Below, in pieces: positions 1-9,701 of a stretch of 64,000 nt of DNA. The stretch comes from Candidatus Latescibacterota bacterium (GTDB lineage Bacteria > Latescibacterota > UBA2968 > UBA8231), in assembly GCA_965261395.1 (NCBI GenBank), contig OZ253462.1, positions 6,144,001 to 6,208,000 of the forward strand. Direction: 5' to 3'. How positions within the stretch are numbered: the first letter of the stretch is position 1; every line of letters begins with the position of its first letter. Both the position numbers and the translations under genes were made by a program. The notes under the pieces are model-generated. The model was not told the origin of the DNA, ran no database searches, and worked only from the letters and a program-made list of their open reading frames with translations.

Positions 1-112
1 CTGCTACGTCGTGTCGCTTGAGCAACAAATGGATCATAACAATGTGTATAAAGGCTTCGCTATTGCAGGTCAAGATCTCATAATCTTTGGCGTGGATTCG
101 ATAGTTTCCCAT
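1..112 (-). pseudogene. 3' remnant of an IS5-family transposase (runs off window edge)
   Basis: Minus-strand translation MGNYRIHAKDYEILTCNSEAFIHIVMIHLLLKRH matches the C-terminus of the 2753..3556 transposase (MNFRRHARDYEVLTRHSEALIQIAMIHLLLKRI); cut at 112 by the next IS. Confidence 0.8.
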
Positions 113-1297
113 GGCTTTGGTGCATGAATTGGTGTTTTTTTCGGTTGATCGGTTGAATAAAAACAGGCTCCTCAGTAGATTGAGCACGACTTTCGCCAAA
201 AAACCCATGCTTTCTCGTCCAAGGAACCTGTCATGGCCAACCTATCGTCTTGCCCCTCTTCCGTCAAGCCTGGTCGCTCGCCTCGCCGTCGCTCCAACGT
301 CGTGTACCGGGTACGTAATTGGGCCGACTATGAGGCCGGGCTGCAACAGCGCGGTAGTCTGACGGTGTGGTTCACGCCCCAGGCCGTCGAAGCTTGGTAT
401 TATCAAGGGCCGCCTCAGCGGGGGGCGCAATATACCTTTTCGGAGGTCGCCATCCAAACGGCGTTGACGCTGCGTCTTTTGTATCACTTGCCCCTACGCC
501 AAACCGAGGGGTTTGTCGCTTCGGTGTTGGCCCTGATGGGCTTGGATCTGCGGGTGCCCGATCACACGACCCTGTCGCGCCGTCAGGCGGGTTTAGCCGT
601 GGCGTGGCCGCCCCAGCGGGGAGACCAACCGATGCACTTGGTGGTGGATTCGACCGGGCTGAAAGTGTATGGCGAAGGCGAATGGAAGGTGCGTCAGCAC
701 GGCTGGAGCAAGCGGCGCACGTGGCGCAAATTGCACCTCGGGGTTAATGAAGCCACCGGCGAGATCGTCGCGCAGACCTTGACGACGAATAGCCACGATG
801 ATGCGGGGCAGGTGGAGCCGTTGCTGGCACAGATCGAGGCCCCCGTGGAGGCGTTGGGCGGCGATGGGGCCTATGACAAACGCAAGGTGTTCAAGGCGTT
901 GGCCGCGCCCGAGCAGGGGGCACCTATTCATCCGATCATTCCGCCGCGCAAGGACGCCAAAATCGAGCAACATGGCAACACCAACGCCGAGCCGTTGCCC
1001 CGCGATGAGACGATTCGAGCCATCCGCAAACGGGGCCGTCGAGGTTGGAAACACGAGAGCGGCTATCATCGACGCTCGGTAGCCGAAACGCAGATAGGCC
1101 GCTACAAACAGATACTTGGTGACACCTTGCGCACCCGAACCCTAACCAACCAACAGACCGAAGCGCGGTTGGGCTGTGCCTTGCTCAACCGGATGCGGGC
1201 GTTGGCGAAACCTGAGTCCTATCCGCTAACCAAAAAAGCGTAAATCACACGCGAAAGAAGCCAACACGGCCCCGACCGGTTTTCATGCAACAAAGCC
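113..1297 (+). mobile_element. IS5 family (IS903-like group) insertion sequence
   Basis: Terminal inverted repeats GGCTTTGGTGCATGAA (113-128) and TTCATGCAACAAAGCC (1282-1297); single transposase inside; no matching target duplication in the flanks. Confidence 0.9.
233..1243 (+). CDS. IS5 family (IS903-like) DDE transposase
   Basis: 336 aa; motifs YRVRNWADYEAGLQQRGSLTVW, VVDSTGLKVYGEGEW, RRTWRKLHL, DGAYD, SGYHRRSVAET. Confidence 0.95.
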   Translation: MANLSSCPSSVKPGRSPRRRSNVVYRVRNWADYEAGLQQRGSLTVWFTPQAVEAWYYQGPPQRGAQYTFSEVAIQTALTLRLLYHLPLRQTEGFVASVLALMGLDLRVPDHTTLSRRQAGLAVAWPPQRGDQPMHLVVDSTGLKVYGEGEWKVRQHGWSKRRTWRKLHLGVNEATGEIVAQTLTTNSHDDAGQVEPLLAQIEAPVEALGGDGAYDKRKVFKALAAPEQGAPIHPIIPPRKDAKIEQHGNTNAEPLPRDETIRAIRKRGRRGWKHESGYHRRSVAETQIGRYKQILGDTLRTRTLTNQQTEARLGCALLNRMRALAKPESYPLTKKA

Positions 1298-2180
1298 CTT
1301 CTGGATTAATGTCGGGCGCATACGGCGGCAGCCATTCGACCCGGATTTCAGGATGGGCCGCCAGATAGTCCCGGACCGGCTTGGAGCGATGGGCTGCCAA
1401 GCGATCCCAGATCAGTATAAACCCGGCTCCCATCAGCCGCCGCACATGTTGGAGGGCGACCACGACTTGGGCGGCGTGAATCGAGCCGTGAAAATGGCGT
1501 TTGTAGATTTTGCCGCGCAAGGTCAGCGCCACCACGCTAGAAAGCACCCGGCGTTGCCGTTTGACCCGCCGGATCACCGGCGGGCAACCCATCGGAGCCC
1601 AAGTCGTGGCCAGCTTCTCGGCAAACGAAAAGCCGCATTCATCGACGAAGACCACATCCACCTTAAGCCGACGAGCTTTTTTTTATTCGAGGCCAGTCGC
1701 GCTTCCGCCACGCTTCGACGCGTGCATCATCCCGTTCCAAAGCGCGATCTGTCGGTTGTTGAACGCTAAAGCCGAGCCGGTTGAGCAAGCGGGCCAGATA
1801 GTTAGGATGATAGGCGATGGCAAAGTCGCGCTCGATTAGCTGCTGGATTCTTTTGAGCGTCCAGCGATCGGTAGCAAAACCCGCACCCAGCGCCCCCTGT
1901 TGGAGCCGCTGCTTCAGTCGGTGCTTTTGCCGGCGGCTCAACTTCGACGGGCGTCCGGTAGCCGTACGCCGTTGGAGCCGAACCAGCCCGCCGGTGCGTA
2001 ACCGCTTAGCCCATTTAGATACGGCCGTGCGGCTGACGCCCAACTGCCGAGCAATCTCGGCTTGGGATAAGCGGCCTTCTTGCAGCAGCTTAGCTCCGGC
2101 AAGGCGGCGCTCTTCTAGTTGGGCACGAGTCAAATGAGTAGGAGTCCATGTCATAAACGCATAAATGTAAACCAAGTTTA
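1298..2180 (-). mobile_element. IS630 family element, 3' end truncated by the IS903-like element
   Basis: ORF A 1663..2175 (HTH plus winged-HTH, RWTLKRIQQLI) and ORF B 1245..1661 (VFVDECGF, LIWDRLAAH, WLPPYAPDINPE) joined by an A8 slippery run near 1677-1684; the DDE ORF is cut just after PDINPE; outer end at TA 2179-2180. Confidence 0.85.
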
Positions 2181-4877
2181 GTGAACGTCAATAAAAACTT
2201 CGGATCGCTATCCAAGATCGACCCAGAGTTCAAGTTTCGCCTCTACGAAACGTTTCTTAAAAATACCCCACGCCAGCAGTCACTAGGTCAGTTCTTTACG
2301 CCGCGAAACGTTATACGCGAGATGGTTCGCATGGCCCAACTAAGCAAGCTCCCCGACGGCGCAACGCTTCTCGATCCGGCTGCGGGAGTCGGTGGTTTCG
2401 TTCTGGAGCCGCTCCTAATAGAAGGGGCGCTAGTGGGGAATGTAACTATAACGGCGGGGGCTCCGAAGCAGCGGGTGCGAACGGTCGGTCTCGATATGGA
2501 CATCAACACGCACATTTTGGCGAAGGCCAACATGCTCCTCCACCTCTCGGAATTGTTAAAGGAACCCACAACCACAATCCCGGCGATAAACAAGGCTCTC
2601 GCCAATACTTTCGTTCTTGTGAACGCAAATGAGACTCTTGGCTCACTCGAATACCCGCCACAAAACAGCATCGATGTTGTCCTCGCTAATCCACCCTACG
2701 TGACTCAGGGAAGCGCGATTTACCGTCAGAAGCCGTCTGAAAACTCTAATTTTCATTTGATTCGTTTAAGTAGCAAGTGGATCATGGCAATCTGGATCAA
2801 GGCTTCACTATGGCGGGTCAAGACCTCATAATCTCTCGCATGTCGGCGAAAATTCATCAACCACGCCAAGGTGCGCTCGACGACCCACCGGCGTTTAACT
2901 AGGGTAAATCCGGAGCCTTGTTTGGCGACGACTTCCAAGTCTATTTTGTGCGTCTTTTTTTGGTTGGCCACCCACGTTCGGATGGCCTCGCCTTGGTAGC
3001 CGCCATCAACCCACAGCTTGCGTAACCGAGCCACTCCGGCGGCCTTCAAGCGGGTCAACACCTGCTTCAAACCCTCTCGATCATCGACATCGGCGGCGGT
3101 GACCACCACCTGTCGAAGCAAACCCGACGTGTCCACCAACAAATGCCGTTTGCGGCCTTTGATCTTTTTACCGGCGTCATACCCGGTTGTTTTACCATGC
3201 GTTGCGGTCTTAATCGTCTGACTATCGACGCAGCCAGCCGACGGCATCGCCGCCCGGCCGCTCTGGCGGCGTTCCCGCTTGGTCAACCGATCCAACACCG
3301 GCGGCCAGACCCCTTGCAGGCTCCAGCGACGAAAGTAATCATACCCCGTTTTCCACGGCCCAAAACAAGCAGGCAACAAAGCCCAAGGACACCCCGTCTT
3401 GTTCAAATATAAAAGGCCGTTGACGATTTGGCGTCGATCCCGCGGCGGCCGACCCGGACCGTGAAGCCGCCAGCGCGGCGCGGGCAGCAACGGTTCGATC
3501 CGCTGCCATTGTCCATCGGTTAGATCGGTGGCATATTGCCTACGCGGCGTACTCATTATACAAGCCTTTCTGTTCAGATTTTGTGGTGAAACCTGAATAT
3601 GGCTCGATGAGTACGCCCTTTCAAATTCGGCTACATCAGAGGGTTTTCAGACGGCTTCTAAGGAGATCGCAGATGTGGCCGGTACGCGGAATGGTCTTGT
3701 CCTAAAGGATTTCTATGACGGCTGGGGCCTCGGCGTAGAGTCGCTCTTCATCCGGTATATCTCCAGCTCGCTGAAACCAAGCGGTCGGGCATTTGTCATC
3801 GTCCCGCTCGGCATGCTCAACAGGACCGAAAAAAAACCGAAAAAAAAGATACTCAGTGAATGTAATTTGCTCGCATCAATTACACTTCCACGGAACACAT
3901 TTTTTAACACGGCACAGCTGACCTGTATTCTCGTCTTGGAGAAGCGGCACACCGAGTTTGATCCACGACCAGACGTCCTGTGTGCCTGCGTTCGATCCAT
4001 AGGCGAAACTCTTGATACATACCGGGCACCAATGCCAGACGACAACGATCTTGCCGCCGTTGCAAGTGCATTCATACAGCGTACCGATGATCCGGCCTTT
4101 ATTCCATCTGATTCATTTATTGAGGTTGTACCAGCGGAACGCTTCACGGAGAATGACCGTTGGGATGTAGCACGGTTTTGGACCGACAAGGAACTTGTTG
4201 ATCTTGGAATTAAGGCTGCAACAATTGGGCGGGTTGAATTTATAGACGAGGCAATTGGAAGTCTTTACAAGTTGTCGAAGGAGTTAAAGGAGTCAAAGAG
4301 TGAAGTTTCCAGCCTTGCAGCCGGAGCGACAATTTCAGTTGACCTCTCAAATACGAATTTATTTCGCGTCAGGTCTGGAACACGGATTACAAACACCCAG
4401 ATTCGTGACAACCCGGGCGATGTTCCGGTCTACAGTTGTTTCAAATACCACGATTTAAAAAAGGGCGATATCTCGGGGAAATGGCTGGCAATTCACAAGA
4501 TCAGGGTGGAGACCGGGAACCGTCTAATTATAACAATTGCGGCCAACGGGGCTGCTGTTGGAACCGTTTTTACTCGCGACGAGAAATGCGTCCTCACGGA
4601 CGATCTCATTGCAGTTGAAGTCCTAGTAGAGGATATTGATGTCGAATACCTCGCTACAGAGCTTCGGCGGAAGATCGCAGCAGGTGGATTTCTATATGAA
4701 GCGAAGCTGTTTAAGGGACGAGTAGAGCAGCTCACAGCCGATATTCCCATCAAAGAAGACGGCACCTATGATCTTGACACTCAACGTGAAATAGCCGCTT
4801 CGATGCGACGTTTCGACACAATCCGAGACAAGCTCAAAGAGCTTGGTACGTGGAGCGAGGAAGCAAGGATTAGTTAG
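2181..4877 (+). pseudogene. N6-adenine DNA methyltransferase fused to a specificity (TRD-like) domain; 5'-truncated by IS630 and split by IS5
   Basis: Motifs GQFFTPRNV, LLDPAAGVGGF and LANPPY in 2181..2727. Removing the IS restores the frame ...GSAIYR/KEIADVAGTRNG... into 3660..4877 (AFVIVPLGML, LPRNTF, S-like C-terminus ending QREIAASMRRFD). Confidence 0.85.
2729..3658 (-). mobile_element. IS5 family insertion sequence with intact transposase 2753..3556
   Basis: IRs GAAGCCGTCTGAAAAC / GTTTTCAGACGGCTTC; 267-aa transposase (YATDLTDGQW, VDSQTIK, KIKGRKRHLLVD, WVDGGY, RWVVERT); flanks TCA/TAA, an imperfect target duplication. Confidence 0.92.
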
Positions 4878-4936
4878 TATCCAGTCATCTACATGCCCAG
4901 AAAGCGGCTACGTCGTGGAGACTGAGGGGTATAAGT

Positions 4937-5101
4937 ATGAAAGAAAAAACCCGCAGAGTCGTTAAGGTCAAACCCCACACCTACCAGCCCAAAAAAGCCG
5001 AGCTAGAGGCCGACGCCAACATTGACGCCACCCCCGAAGAGTTGGCCCGCGCCTTGATGCAGCCTGTGATCGTTCAGGAAACTGAGGACGAAGAGGACTG
5101 A
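4937..5101 (+). CDS. small hypothetical protein (54 aa), resembling short ORFs seen near IS1595-type ends
   Basis: Not in the ORF track; GAGGGG RBS, MKEKTRRVVKVKPHTYQPKKAELEADANIDATPEELARALMQPVIVQETEDEED; followed by a possible transposon end ...GACTTTAGTATATAACTCCC (5150). Confidence 0.5.
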   Translation: MKEKTRRVVKVKPHTYQPKKAELEADANIDATPEELARALMQPVIVQETEDEED

Positions 5102-5174
5102 CCGCCTTCACTCGGCCAGCCCGGAAATGTGACTTTAGTATATAACTCCCTACGGTTGACCCAGTTAGGCTTGC

Positions 5175-5858
5175 TCATGCGGGGAAAAGTACGGCCGTCA
5201 GGCTGTTAAGTCTAGCCCAAATCTTGTTATTCCGGACGGTAATTTTAATCATGGCAATGCGGATGATATTTTCGGCGGATTGGGTGAGGATTTCAAAATC
5301 CTTGGCCAAGCGTCGAAATCCGCCTAACCAAGCTAAGGTGCGTTCGACAATCCAGCGTTTGGGAACCACCTTGAATCCGTGCTGTGGTTTAGCGGCGATA
5401 TCGATGCGCAACCCGAACAGGTCTTCGACGAATTCAACGGTAGTACCGCCATATCCTTGGTCGCCACAGAAGGCTTCGACCGACTCATACTTTTCGGCGA
5501 CCCGGTCGCAGACTTCCCATCCTTGGCTAGTGTCGGCTACATTGGCGGCATGGACTTGAACCGCGAGCATATGGCCTAACGTATCGGTGGCGATATGGCG
5601 TTTACGGCCTTTGATCTTTTTTCCCCCATCGATGCCTCGATCGTGACTGGCATATTGGGTCTTAACCGATTGCGAATCAATCAAGACATAGGTCGGATGC
5701 TCGTTTTTGCCCTGCTTTTGACGAGCCTGCTCATTGAGCGCGTCAAGGGCTTGTTCCCACACCCCGCGTTGATTCCAACGTCGGTAATGCTCATAGACGG
5801 TATCCCACGGAGGAAAATCCAACGGCAGCATCCGCCACGGGATGCCGCCGTTGACCAC
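5175..5858 (-). pseudogene. IS5 family transposase, truncated at both ends
   Basis: Close paralog of 33384..34152 but lacks the first ~45 codons and diverges after MIKITV; no IRs found. Confidence 0.85.
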
Positions 5859-5859
5859 A

Positions 5860-6132
5860 GTTTCCGTTGTAATCCAGAGTGCCTTTCACCGCAAGAAATA
5901 TCCCTATCGACAACTTCTAACTTGCACATTGCTGCAACGCCGCATCTGCTGGCGATTTTGCCGTCATCTAGCAGTCGGCTACTGGACGTGCCGCCGCTCG
6001 AGTTTGACACTGCTGAGAACCCGTTGCGTGATGATTCCATTCTATTGAAACTGATCCGACTGGAGACAGATGGCACAGTTGTGATCCCGGATGGCCCCGG
6101 CCCGGTGTCGAGGTTGACGAAGAAAAACTATT
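5860..6132 (+). pseudogene. C-terminal remnant of a mandelate racemase/enolase-superfamily enzyme
   Basis: Translation ...PPLEFDTAENPLRDDSILLKLIRLETDGTVVIPDGPG(shift)GVEVDEEKL is the typical PxxPGLGVEVDE C-terminus. Confidence 0.6.
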
Positions 6133-6270
6133 CAGGTATGCTTAGCACGCGATTCCGCTGTTGGAATATATCCTACTAGTAGTCATGCGTCGGCATTATA
6201 ACACACCTCCCGAAAAGAGCAACCCATTTGAAATCATGGGTTTACAGAATAATTCTTAACGAGGGCTACT

Positions 6271-6537
6271 ATGACCAACAAACTCAAAAATGCTTTCGAC
6301 AAAATCTCAACTCTGAGCGAAAAAGAGCAGGACGCTATCGCGGAAGCTCTCCTAGCAGTAGTAGATGATACTTGGGGGCCAGAGGACGATAAGGACGAAG
6401 CCGAATGGGACGCCCTAGTGGGATCAAAAAAATCTCACGCTTGGTTGGACAAAATGGTAAAGCAAGTTCGGCAGGATATACAGGAAGGGAAGGTCTATGA
6501 TTTTGATCCCAGCGACTTGAACCCATCAAGTCCATGA
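6271..6537 (+). CDS. putative type II antitoxin
   Basis: 88 aa, acidic, LKNAFDKISTLSEKEQDAIA pattern; ATGA-coupled to a ParE/RelE-like toxin gene. Confidence 0.7.
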   Translation: MTNKLKNAFDKISTLSEKEQDAIAEALLAVVDDTWGPEDDKDEAEWDALVGSKKSHAWLDKMVKQVRQDIQEGKVYDFDPSDLNPSSP

Positions 6538-6796
6538 GATCAAAGACTCACCCCGGTTTCTGGGATGCCTATTATCAACTCCCCAAGACCATTCAAATCA
6601 AGGCGGCAGTTACCTATAAGAGATGGCGAAAAATCCGTATCAACCGGGGCTTTCCTTTAAACCAGTAAAAGGAAAGCCCTCTGTCTATTCAGTGCGTATC
6701 GGGCGGCAGTGGAGAGCATTAGGACTCAAAGAGGGGGATACTATCACTTGGTTTTGGATCGGCCCACATTCTGAGTATGACCGACTCCTCTCTTAA
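6534..6796 (+). pseudogene. ParE/RelE-like toxin, frameshifted
   Basis: MRSKTHPGFWDAYYQLPKTIQ...WR(shift in A-run near 6629)NPYQPGLSFKPV...YSVRIGRQWRALG...WFWIGPHSEYDRLLS. Confidence 0.8.
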
Positions 6797-6955
6797 CCAA
6801 TCGCCAAAAAAAATACATCCATACGACACGTTACAGCTTTATTGGTGTCGTGTAGTTAGGCGCGTAGAGTCCTCGTCGAATTCGCGGCGATAGAAGCCGG
6901 CGATCGGGAGACCGCGCTCGAAAAGCTGCGACAGAACATCCAGTAAGGAGAACAC

Positions 6956-7747
6956 ATGGCCCCACCACCATTCGAACACATCCTCTACGAAAAAAAGGGC
7001 CGCATCGCCTATGTGACGGTGAATCGCCCGCAGGTGATGAACGCCCTGCATCCCCCAGCCCACGCCGAGCTGACCAGGGCCTGGGACGACTTCATCGCCG
7101 ACGACCAGGTCTGGGTCGCCATTCTCACCGGCGCTGGCGAGCGCGCCTTCTCGGCCGGCTCGGACCTGAAATACCGCGTCGAACAAACAGACGACGATCA
7201 GCTGCGCAACCCGGTCCACTCCCCGGCCCACATCCTCGACCGCTGCTACAAGCCGATCATCGCCGCGGTCAACGGTTATGCCGTCGGCGGCGGTCTCGAA
7301 CTGGCGCTGCGCTGTGACTTGATCGTGGCGGCCGCAAGTGCCCGCTTCGGTTTGCCCGAGGCCCGACGTGGTCTGCTGGCCGATGCTGGCGGCGTGCTAA
7401 AATTGCCGCGCCGCATCCCCTACCACCTGGCCATGGGCATGATCCTGACCGGCAAGCTGTTCTCGGCGCGGGAAGCCCTGACCATGGGCTTGGTCAACGA
7501 AGTAGCCGACGACGAACCGGTGATGGCCACGGCCGAACGCTGGGCCGCCGAGATCCTGGAGTGTGGTCCCCTCGCCGTCCAAGCCGCCAAGCAGGTAGCG
7601 CTGCACACCATCGAGACCCCCATTTCCCAGGCGCAGTGCCAGCTTGAGGATCTGACGGCGGTGCGCCGCCTGCGGCTGTCGGAGGACTACGCCGAGGGGC
7701 CGCAGGCATTCGCCGAAAAACGCAAACCACAATGGAAGGCAAGATGA
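6956..7747 (+). CDS. enoyl-CoA hydratase/isomerase (crotonase) family protein
   Basis: RAFSAGSDLK, KPIIAAVNGYAVGGGLELAL, FGLPE, AFAEKRKPQWK. Confidence 0.93.
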   Translation: MAPPPFEHILYEKKGRIAYVTVNRPQVMNALHPPAHAELTRAWDDFIADDQVWVAILTGAGERAFSAGSDLKYRVEQTDDDQLRNPVHSPAHILDRCYKPIIAAVNGYAVGGGLELALRCDLIVAAASARFGLPEARRGLLADAGGVLKLPRRIPYHLAMGMILTGKLFSAREALTMGLVNEVADDEPVMATAERWAAEILECGPLAVQAAKQVALHTIETPISQAQCQLEDLTAVRRLRLSEDYAEGPQAFAEKRKPQWKAR

Positions 7748-7818
7748 GCAATCAGGCCAAAAGTGACGCGGGCGCTGCCCGGCCTAGGTGTCGAGGTTGA
7801 CGAAGAAAAACTATTATT

Positions 7819-7988
7819 GTCATTCCCGCGAAAGCGGGAATCCAGCCTAGCGCACGGTGCGGACTTCGGTGCATTCAGTCAAGCCATTTAAGTCGCTCCG
7901 CCGAACCGCCGAGGGTTGATCTGGATGCCTGCTTTCGCAGAGCCTGCCCTTGTGGAAGCAGGGCATGACAAAAGCTGCGTAACATCAG
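7819..7988. repeat. palindromic repeat / partial MITE
   Basis: GTCATTCCCGCGAAAGCGGGAATCCAG...CTGGATGCCTGCTTTCGCAG...GCATGAC palindrome arms; ends in GCTGCGTAACATCAG shared with the element at 9400-9595. Confidence 0.75.
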
Positions 7989-8068
7989 CTAGTAAGTTGA
8001 ATTGAGTCTGGCGAAATATTGGCTATAATGCACATTGCGAGCAGGATTTAGCGCTCTAGTAGACGGGA

Positions 8069-9400
8069 TTGCAGGCCATGACGGCAGCCATTCAGATCAG
8101 CGAAACAGAGCCGACCGCATTACTAAAGGATTTTTCTGAGTTCACTACTTACTTGACACATCACCCAGTGATCCTGGCTACGGCTCGGGAATTCATCGGC
8201 GGCAGGGATCTCTGTGCTCTCAACGAGGCTATGAGCGAGCCCGTGCCGGAGACGACAACCCGGACGCGCCAGACGCTCTATCCCCAATTGCATTTGTTCT
8301 ACCATCTCGCACTGGCGGGTGAACTATTTCACAAAGTGCCCGGCAAGGGTGGAAAACTCATACTCGAAGCTACGGATCGCCTCGCGCAGTACGAAGAGTT
8401 GAAGCTAACGGAACGCTACTTTTTCCTGCTGGAGACCTTCTGGGTGGATTGCGACTGGAAAAAACTGCAATCGGGCCACGGTGTCCGTCTCGATCCTCCA
8501 TACGAAGTGCCTCCGGTCATCGAGTTGCTGGGCGAGCCCGCAGCAGCAAGAAAAAAAAAGAAGTGGAAGGATATATTCGCTCGGAGCCTCTCTTCCCTAG
8601 AATACTTGGTGCTGCACCTTGCGGCATTCGGGTTCTGGCGGGTTGAACCCGATCGCGAGACCAAGGGACGGTCGAAGCACGATATCCGGTTTAAACGGAT
8701 TGAACTGACGGAGTTTGGCGCGACACTGGCACCGATCTTGGCCGGTGAGCGGGACTTTCTTCATTGGAATCTACCGACCCGGCGGCAAGCGTTCGGCGAG
8801 TGGAAGGCCAAACCAGGCGATCCACTTGACGAGAAGAGAGTTTCTATATGCCGATTAGTGACGGGGGCGAAAACGAGATTGGAGAAAAAATCTCCCGAAA
8901 TATATGGGGAACAGGCCGACGAGCCGTTTTACCAGCCTTTTGAGCCACTGGTTGATATGGAAGAACTCAAGCGCGGTTTGCCACGGAAGCGCATTGAGTT
9001 CGAGGACGGTATTTACTGTTTCAACGTTGCCTTAAAGAAAAATCTCTGGCGGCGGATTGAGACGGCGGGTGGGCATACGCTGGAGGATCTGCACCATGCC
9101 ATCCAGGAGGCCTACGGTTTCGACGACGACCATCTCTACGCCTTCTTTATGGACGGCGAATTCTGGTCCGACGACAAGTTCACGTCGCCACATGACGAGG
9201 AAGGCCCTCATGTGGACGAGACGCAGATCGGGGAGTTGGATCTGTCGGAGGGGCAGCGCATGCTCTACCTGTTCGACTACGGGGACGAATGGCTTTTTCA
9301 GATCGCGGTGGAAGCGATTCGCAAAAGCGGGGCACGACCCCACAAGCCGAAGGTCGTAGGACAGAAGGGAAAAGCGCCTGAACAATACGAGTATTATTGA
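8069..9400 (+). CDS. plasmid pRiA4b ORF-3-like family protein
   Basis: C-terminal domain LWRRIE..HTLEDLHHAIQEAYGFDDDHLYAF...YLFDYGDEWLF. Confidence 0.85.
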   Translation: MQAMTAAIQISETEPTALLKDFSEFTTYLTHHPVILATAREFIGGRDLCALNEAMSEPVPETTTRTRQTLYPQLHLFYHLALAGELFHKVPGKGGKLILEATDRLAQYEELKLTERYFFLLETFWVDCDWKKLQSGHGVRLDPPYEVPPVIELLGEPAAARKKKKWKDIFARSLSSLEYLVLHLAAFGFWRVEPDRETKGRSKHDIRFKRIELTEFGATLAPILAGERDFLHWNLPTRRQAFGEWKAKPGDPLDEKRVSICRLVTGAKTRLEKKSPEIYGEQADEPFYQPFEPLVDMEELKRGLPRKRIEFEDGIYCFNVALKKNLWRRIETAGGHTLEDLHHAIQEAYGFDDDHLYAFFMDGEFWSDDKFTSPHDEEGPHVDETQIGELDLSEGQRMLYLFDYGDEWLFQIAVEAIRKSGARPHKPKVVGQKGKAPEQYEYY

Positions 9401-9595
9401 CTGATGTTACGCAGCCGTTATCGTCTGCGGCAGGATGCGGACTTCGGGGCGCTCGGTCGAGTGGTTCAGCGGTTCGGCTGAGCGCATCGAAGCCCGAATC
9501 GCCGAGGATTAATCTGGATGCCTGCTTGCGCAGGCATGACACGACTCGACCGAGCGGACATAGACCAAGAGCTCGTAAGGCTGCGTAACATCAGT
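9400..9595. mobile_element. MITE with perfect 17-bp terminal inverted repeats
   Basis: ACTGATGTTACGCAGCC (9400-9416) / GGCTGCGTAACATCAGT (9579-9595); internal segments homologous to 7819-7988. Confidence 0.8.
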
Positions 9596-9701
9596 TCTTA
9601 ACGAGAACTGATATGACCAACAAACTCAAAAATGCTTTCGACAAAATCTCAACTCCTCTTCCGAATAGCCGTATTTACTCGCCATGTACTGGGTCTCCAC
9701 T

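Noticed and set aside
6104-9655. Diversity-generating retroelement TR/VR pair
   Set aside because: The duplicated segments are short and identical, with no adenine-specific changes, and no reverse transcriptase is present.
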